A stretch of 20,878 bases of DNA from Promethearchaeia archaeon (GTDB taxonomy: Archaea > Asgardarchaeota > Lokiarchaeia > Sigyniarchaeales > SOKP01): NCBI GenBank assembly GCA_029856155.1, contig JAHQWL010000076.1, forward strand, positions 1-20,878, given 5' to 3'. This document shows, piece after piece, positions 16,351-20,878 of the stretch (position 1 is the first letter of the stretch; every line of letters begins with the position of its first letter). Made by a program: the position numbers and the translations under genes. The notes beneath the pieces were generated by a model that saw nothing but the letters and a program-made list of their open reading frames with translations, ran no database searches and was not told the DNA's origin.

Positions 16351-16947
16351 CTATTCTGACTTTTGGGTTTCACTCTTTTTAGAAAACTTACGAAAAGCAA
16401 ATATTATTCTTTGAAGTACAGTTATATGAGTCCCAACTGCTAAAATAATCATCGTCCACCATAAGGCAGAGGGAACCCAAATCTGAAGTATTGCTCCTAT
16501 TAATAAAATGGGAACGCGATCAGTCCTTTCAATAATCCCAACACCATATAATTTATCTACTCCTAATGATTCAATCTTAGCTCTTGTATATGAAGTTAAG
16601 AATGCTCCAATAAGAACAAATAGCCCGATTTCTAGTGTTGTATATTCTCCAAGAATTACTCCAGTAAATAAGAAAAAATCTCCAATTCTGTCTAAAGTGG
16701 AATCTAAGAAGCTTCCCAATGTGGTAGGTCCTTGAAGGCGAGCAACGACTCCATCTAATTGATCAAAAAATTCAGTAATAAACAAAAAAATGATTATAAT
16801 TGCTAAACAATTAAAAACTAACCCAAAAAATGAAATGATTGCGGAAATTAAACCAAATAATGTAAAATAGTTAGCCGGGATTTTTACTAACTTTTTCCCT
16901 AAAGGAAGTAATAGTTTTTCAGAAAATTTTTTTATTTGTAATAGCAT
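16351..16947 (-). CDS. CDP-alcohol phosphatidyltransferase, probably archaetidylinositol-phosphate synthase-like
   Basis: Signature DQLDGVVAR...GSFLDSTLDRIGD, plus PAN..T, SYTRAKIE, GIIERTDR and T..QR, as in the AIP/PIP synthase subfamily. Multiple TM helices. Confidence 0.88.
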   Translation of the reverse strand: MLLQIKKFSEKLLLPLGKKLVKIPANYFTLFGLISAIISFFGLVFNCLAIIIIFLFITEFFDQLDGVVARLQGPTTLGSFLDSTLDRIGDFFLFTGVILGEYTTLEIGLFVLIGAFLTSYTRAKIESLGVDKLYGVGIIERTDRVPILLIGAILQIWVPSALWWTMIILAVGTHITVLQRIIFAFRKFSKKSETQKSE

Positions 16948-17028
16948 AAAATAATGATTATAACTTCTTTGTTGTTAGTATTTTTCTAAAATTAAGATTT
17001 TATAAATATAAAGTTTTACTTACATGGT

Positions 17029-17045
17029 AAAAAAAAAAGAAAAAA
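17029..17045 (-). terminator. Oligo-T terminator candidate after the downstream M32 gene
   Basis: Minus strand reads TTTTTTCTTTTTTTTTT starting 1 nt after the TAG. Confidence 0.55.
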
Positions 17046-17046
17046 T

Positions 17047-18537
17047 CTAAATTCCATAAATAGGATAGTATTTATCTTCAACGTATTTAATAAAATAATC
17101 GGGATTTAAATCTTCTCCAGTAATCTTCTGAATTAAATCGGGAGCTCTATAGATTTTACCATATTGATGCACTTTTTCTTTTAGATAATTTAAAAGGTTA
17201 GAGAATTCTCCTTTCTCATAATCTTGGGGTAAAGAAGGGTTTTCTTTTAAAGCATGATTATATATTTGAGCAGCATAAAGATTTCCTAAAGAATAACTAG
17301 GGAAATAACCGAATCCACTTGTCCAATGTACATCTTGTAGTACACCTAGAGCATCATTCGGAGGTACTATTCCTAATAATTCCTCCATTTTTGTATTCCA
17401 TAGTTCTGGCAATTCACTTGCTTGAAGATTATCTTCGATTATCATTTTCTCTAGTTCAAATCGTAGTATAATATGTAATCCATAAGTCACCTCATCAGCA
17501 TCTACTCGGATAAATGATGGTTGTACTACATTTATAGAACGATGAAATTCTTCCATTGGATAATTTTTCAAATTTTCCGGAAAAGTTTTTTGAAAGATAG
17601 GATACCAATACGTCCAAAATTCCTTACTACGCCCAACTACATTTTCCCACATTCGAGATTGAGATTCATGAATCCCCATAGAACACCCCTCAGCTAATAA
17701 TGTATCATGAATCTCTTCTTTAAATCCCATTTGGTAAAGAGCATGTCCACATTCATGAATTGTGGAAAATAAGCAATCAGGAAGAAAGTCTTCACGTATT
17801 CTAGTGGTTATCCTTGTATCTATAGATGATAATGAAGTAGTAAAAGGGTGTGTTGCTTTGTCTTGTCGTCCGGTATTAAAATCAAAATTGAGTTTCTTAA
17901 TTATTTCAAGACTTAATTGCCATTGTTTTTCAGCATCATAATGTTTTTTTAAGATTGATTGATTAGGTTTATCAGACATACTATTTAGCTTATTGACAAT
18001 CTTTACTAATTTAGGTTTCAATCCATTGAAGACTTTTAAGATGTAGTCATAAGTAACACCTGGTTCGAACAAATCTAATAAAGTTGAGTATAATGTTGGA
18101 CCTTTATCAAGTTTCTCGGCGAATTCTATTCTTAATTTAATAATTTTCTCGAGATAAGGCTTGAATATTGAAAAATCACTTTTTTCTCTTGCTTTTTCCC
18201 ATTCTATATGCCCCAATGACGAAATTTTAGCAATTTTAGCCACTAACTCATTAGGAATTTTGATTGCTTGATCATATTCTCTTTTTGCTTCTCTTATCAT
18301 CGCTAAATCTATTTCACTAAGGCTTTCTAATTTTTCAGCTTCTTTTATCAATTTGCCAGTTTTATCTGATTTTACTCTGGAATGAATTAAATTTTGCATT
18401 AGTGCTAATTGCTCAGCTCTTCCTTTCACGGAACCCTTAGGCATATTAACTTGTTGATCCCAACTTAAAAGAGCTCCAATATAAGATAATCTCATTATTT
18501 CATTAAAATATTCCCAAAGTTCTTTCATTGCGTTCAT
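17047..18537 (-). CDS. Carboxypeptidase, peptidase family M32 (CP Taq/PfuCP-like), paralog 1
   Basis: LLSWDQ, HPF, DTRITTR, HECGH (HExxH), HESQS, IRVDADE, H..LRFELE, G.LQDVHW and GYFPSYSLG. Confidence 0.97.
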   Translation of the reverse strand: MNAMKELWEYFNEIMRLSYIGALLSWDQQVNMPKGSVKGRAEQLALMQNLIHSRVKSDKTGKLIKEAEKLESLSEIDLAMIREAKREYDQAIKIPNELVAKIAKISSLGHIEWEKAREKSDFSIFKPYLEKIIKLRIEFAEKLDKGPTLYSTLLDLFEPGVTYDYILKVFNGLKPKLVKIVNKLNSMSDKPNQSILKKHYDAEKQWQLSLEIIKKLNFDFNTGRQDKATHPFTTSLSSIDTRITTRIREDFLPDCLFSTIHECGHALYQMGFKEEIHDTLLAEGCSMGIHESQSRMWENVVGRSKEFWTYWYPIFQKTFPENLKNYPMEEFHRSINVVQPSFIRVDADEVTYGLHIILRFELEKMIIEDNLQASELPELWNTKMEELLGIVPPNDALGVLQDVHWTSGFGYFPSYSLGNLYAAQIYNHALKENPSLPQDYEKGEFSNLLNYLKEKVHQYGKIYRAPDLIQKITGEDLNPDYFIKYVEDKYYPIYGI

Positions 18538-18648
18538 ATTTTAATCATTTTAGGGAGTTATTTGTAAATTATATAGAGAATGCTAATTAACGTAATACAA
18601 AAAAGTTTTTGCTTTCTAATTCAAAAACTTAATATTTTTGATGAATAG

Positions 18649-18657
18649 AAAAAAAAA
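18649..18657 (-). terminator. Oligo-T terminator candidate after the upstream M32 gene
   Basis: T9 on the minus strand 1 nt after the TAA, in the same position as the tract after the other paralog. Confidence 0.5.
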
Positions 18658-18658
18658 G

Positions 18659-20155
18659 TTATAATCTATATAGAGGGTAAAATTTCTTTTCGAGGTACTT
18701 CATAAAGTAATTAGAATTTAGGTTTTCTCCCGTTATTCTTTTTATTAAATCTGGTGCTCTAAATACAGCTCCATGTTGATGAACATTCTCTCGGACAAAA
18801 TTCAATAAATTTGAAAATTCACCTTTTTTATAGTCTTCTGGTAGATTTGGCATCTTTTTTAATGCAACATCGTACATTTGAGCTGCGTATAAAGTTCCTA
18901 GAAAATATGTTGGGAAATAACCAATCATTCCCATTCCCCAGTGTATATCTTGCAATACACCTTCTTTGTCATCTGGTGGAATGATTCCTAACAATTCCTC
19001 AAATCTAGAATTCCATATTTGCGGCAACTCACTTACTTGGATTTTTTCGTCAATAAGATCTTTTTCGATTTCAAATCGTAGTATAATATGTAATCCATAA
19101 GTTACCTCATCTGCATTTACCCTAATAAATGAAGGTTGAACTGAATTAACCGCACGATGAAATTCTTCCATAGGATAATCTTTTAAGTTTTCTGGGAAAG
19201 TCTTTTGAAAAATCGGATACCAATACATCCAAAATTCTTTACTACGCCCCACAAAATTTTCTAACATTCTTGATTGTGATTCATGGATTCCAAGTGAAGT
19301 ACCAGTACCCAATATTGTGTCATGTAGTTCTTTTTTAAAGCCCATCTCATATAGAGCATGACCGCATTCATGAATAGTTCCAAAAATACATTCATTAAGA
19401 AAATCCTCCCTTGTTCTTGTAGTTATTCGAGTATCCGTAGAAGATAATGTTGTTGTAAAAGGATGGGTTGATAGATCTTGACGTCCCGCTTCAAAGTCAA
19501 AATTCAATTTTTTTATTATTTCGAGACTAAGTTTAAATTGTTTATCTTGATCGTAGTTTTTCCGTAATATTGATTGATCAGGTTTATCAGTTGATGAATT
19601 CAATTTTTTAACAAAATCGATTAGTTTAGGCTTTATTGGATTAAAAATATTAGCGACCCAATTGTATGTTGCACCTGGTTCATATAAATCAATCAGAGTA
19701 GAATATAAATCTGGATGAGTTTCAAGTTTCCTTGCTTTCTCCCTTTGTAATTCAACTGTTTTTTCCAATAAAGGTATAAACATTTTGAAATCTTTTTTTT
19801 CTCTTGCTTTTTGCCATGTTTGTTGAGATAGTCCAGCAGTTTTTGTTATTTCCATAACTAATTCTTCTGGTAATTTTACTTCCTGTTCATAAGCTCTTTT
19901 TGCTTCTCTTAGCATTGCAGCATCGATTTCATTTAAATCTTTAAGTTTTTCAGCTTTATTAATTAATTTTTCTGCTTTTTCTGACGTTAAACGCTTGTGC
20001 ATAAGTTGTGCTATAAGTGCCAATTGTTCAGATCTACCTTCTACAGATTTATAACCCCTCATATTAACTTCCTGATCCCAACCAAGTAATGCTTGGATGT
20101 AATTCAATCTCATTATTTCAGTAAAATATTCACGAAGATCATTGATAACACTCAT
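18659..20155 (-). CDS. Carboxypeptidase, peptidase family M32, paralog 2
   Basis: LLGWDQ, HPF, DTRITTR, HECGH, HESQS, IRVNADE, QDIHW and GYFPTYFLG. Colinear with paralog 1. Confidence 0.97.
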   Translation of the reverse strand: MSVINDLREYFTEIMRLNYIQALLGWDQEVNMRGYKSVEGRSEQLALIAQLMHKRLTSEKAEKLINKAEKLKDLNEIDAAMLREAKRAYEQEVKLPEELVMEITKTAGLSQQTWQKAREKKDFKMFIPLLEKTVELQREKARKLETHPDLYSTLIDLYEPGATYNWVANIFNPIKPKLIDFVKKLNSSTDKPDQSILRKNYDQDKQFKLSLEIIKKLNFDFEAGRQDLSTHPFTTTLSSTDTRITTRTREDFLNECIFGTIHECGHALYEMGFKKELHDTILGTGTSLGIHESQSRMLENFVGRSKEFWMYWYPIFQKTFPENLKDYPMEEFHRAVNSVQPSFIRVNADEVTYGLHIILRFEIEKDLIDEKIQVSELPQIWNSRFEELLGIIPPDDKEGVLQDIHWGMGMIGYFPTYFLGTLYAAQMYDVALKKMPNLPEDYKKGEFSNLLNFVRENVHQHGAVFRAPDLIKRITGENLNSNYFMKYLEKKFYPLYRL

Positions 20156-20335
20156 TTTTAAAAACCTTATTTAAAATTCTTTTTTAATTCAATTTTATAG
20201 ATATTAGCTATACTTTTACATAAAAAATATGCTATTATTTATTTGAATATAGAATTATTTTAAAAGAAGTGTATATTGAACTTTTATTGAACTAACAACA
20301 CGAAATTAAAAAATCGATATTATATATTTTTTAAA

Positions 20336-20878
20336 TTAAGATAACTGTTCTTGTTTGACGAAGAAATCTGCTGCTAATTCCACATCTTGAATTGTTACAG
20401 GTCTCCCTAAAGATCTTTCTAATTCTATAATTAAATTTTTACATAAATTTAAGCTTAAAGAACTACCTTTACTTATAATAATTTTTTGTAATTCTTTAGT
20501 AAAATCGATAATTAGGGGTTTTTCTATCTCTTTTTTGATATCTTCATGAGGGCTGAATATCTCTATGGGCATTTTTGCTTTAGGTTTTGTCACATTATCT
20601 GTTTTATCGATCTGGGGTTCTTTACTTATTTCTTGAGATATAGATGCTTTTTTTATGGTTTTTTGTGGTGCCTTTGGAATTTTGAGTGGTTTTATATCAA
20701 TATCTTTATCTAATTTTTGAAATGAAACTAAACCTTTAGCAGGTTTTGAAGGAATAGCTTGGGATTCTTCTTTTAAGGCCTCTTGATCTTGAAATTGATC
20801 TGATGTCGCTGTGTCTGTGGTAGGAAGTGGCTTTACAGTTACTTTCCTCGAAAACATTAAAGGTTTCGAAATGTCAAA
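20336..20878 (-). CDS. Hypothetical protein, probably 5'-partial: K/E/P-rich disordered linker plus small C-terminal helical domain
   Basis: The frame stays open upstream of the ATG at 20857 to the window edge (FDISKPL-M), so the real start is probably outside the window. The last ~58 aa look like 3 amphipathic helices. Confidence 0.7.
   Translation of the reverse strand, partial: FDISKPLMFSRKVTVKPLPTTDTATSDQFQDQEALKEESQAIPSKPAKGLVSFQKLDKDIDIKPLKIPKAPQKTIKKASISQEISKEPQIDKTDNVTKPKAKMPIEIFSPHEDIKKEIEKPLIIDFTKELQKIIISKGSSLSLNLCKNLIIELERSLGRPVTIQDVELAADFFVKQEQLS

Noticed and set aside
14063-16735. Short ORFs 14063-14476, 14356-14538, 15020-15205, 15216-15533, 16085-16309 and 16508-16735
   Set aside because: All are nested in or antisense to well-supported genes and have no independent coding signal.
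1769-16947. GPI-like pathway idea: PIG-L deacetylase plus inositol-lipid synthase in one window
   Set aside because: The genes are about 14 kb apart on opposite strands with unrelated genes between, there is no PIG-A-like glycosyltransferase, and PIG-L family members have many substrates.
20336-20510. Histone-fold call for the last ORF
   Set aside because: The helix preceding GRPVT is only ~17 residues versus ~28 for histone alpha2, and the RKT motif is absent. Kept only as a weak resemblance.
1-20878. CRISPR arrays, tRNA/rRNA, IS elements, selenocysteine recoding
   Set aside because: I saw no spaced direct repeats, GC-rich structured RNA segments, transposase or integrase ORFs, or in-frame TGA interrupting a conserved domain. 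Small ncRNAs cannot be excluded without a covariance-model search.

Overview
AT-rich, gene-dense archaeal window, most likely from an Asgard archaeon (Lokiarchaeia/Promethearchaeia-like). This is inferred from an actin-family gene among archaeal-type housekeeping genes, oligo-T terminators and a GGAGGTGA Shine-Dalgarno site. In order, it holds: the 3' end of a phosphoribosyltransferase; an 88-aa hypothetical; a coiled-coil/proline-rich protein ending in an amphipathic helix plus LKKI; a PIG-L/LmbE deacetylase; a divergent actin-related protein; a small winged-helix protein; a type IA topoisomerase; a 6-PAS histidine kinase; an EhaR-like HAD protein; a HEAT-repeat protein; purD; a Cys-rich 4Fe-4S protein; an ABC-2 ATPase and permease; a CDP-alcohol phosphatidyltransferase; two tandem M32 carboxypeptidases; and a 5'-truncated low-complexity protein. 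I found no RNA genes, CRISPR arrays or mobile elements. The main candidate for an undescribed system is 768-4188: a protein built like a eukaryotic actin nucleation/elongation factor (WASP/WASH/Ena-VASP type) lies 1.1 kb from an actin paralog whose catalytic and polymerisation residues are altered in an Arp-like way. A second highlight is the topoisomerase, which carries motifs resembling eukaryotic Top3-beta. All comparisons to eukaryotic sequences are from memory and need database confirmation.
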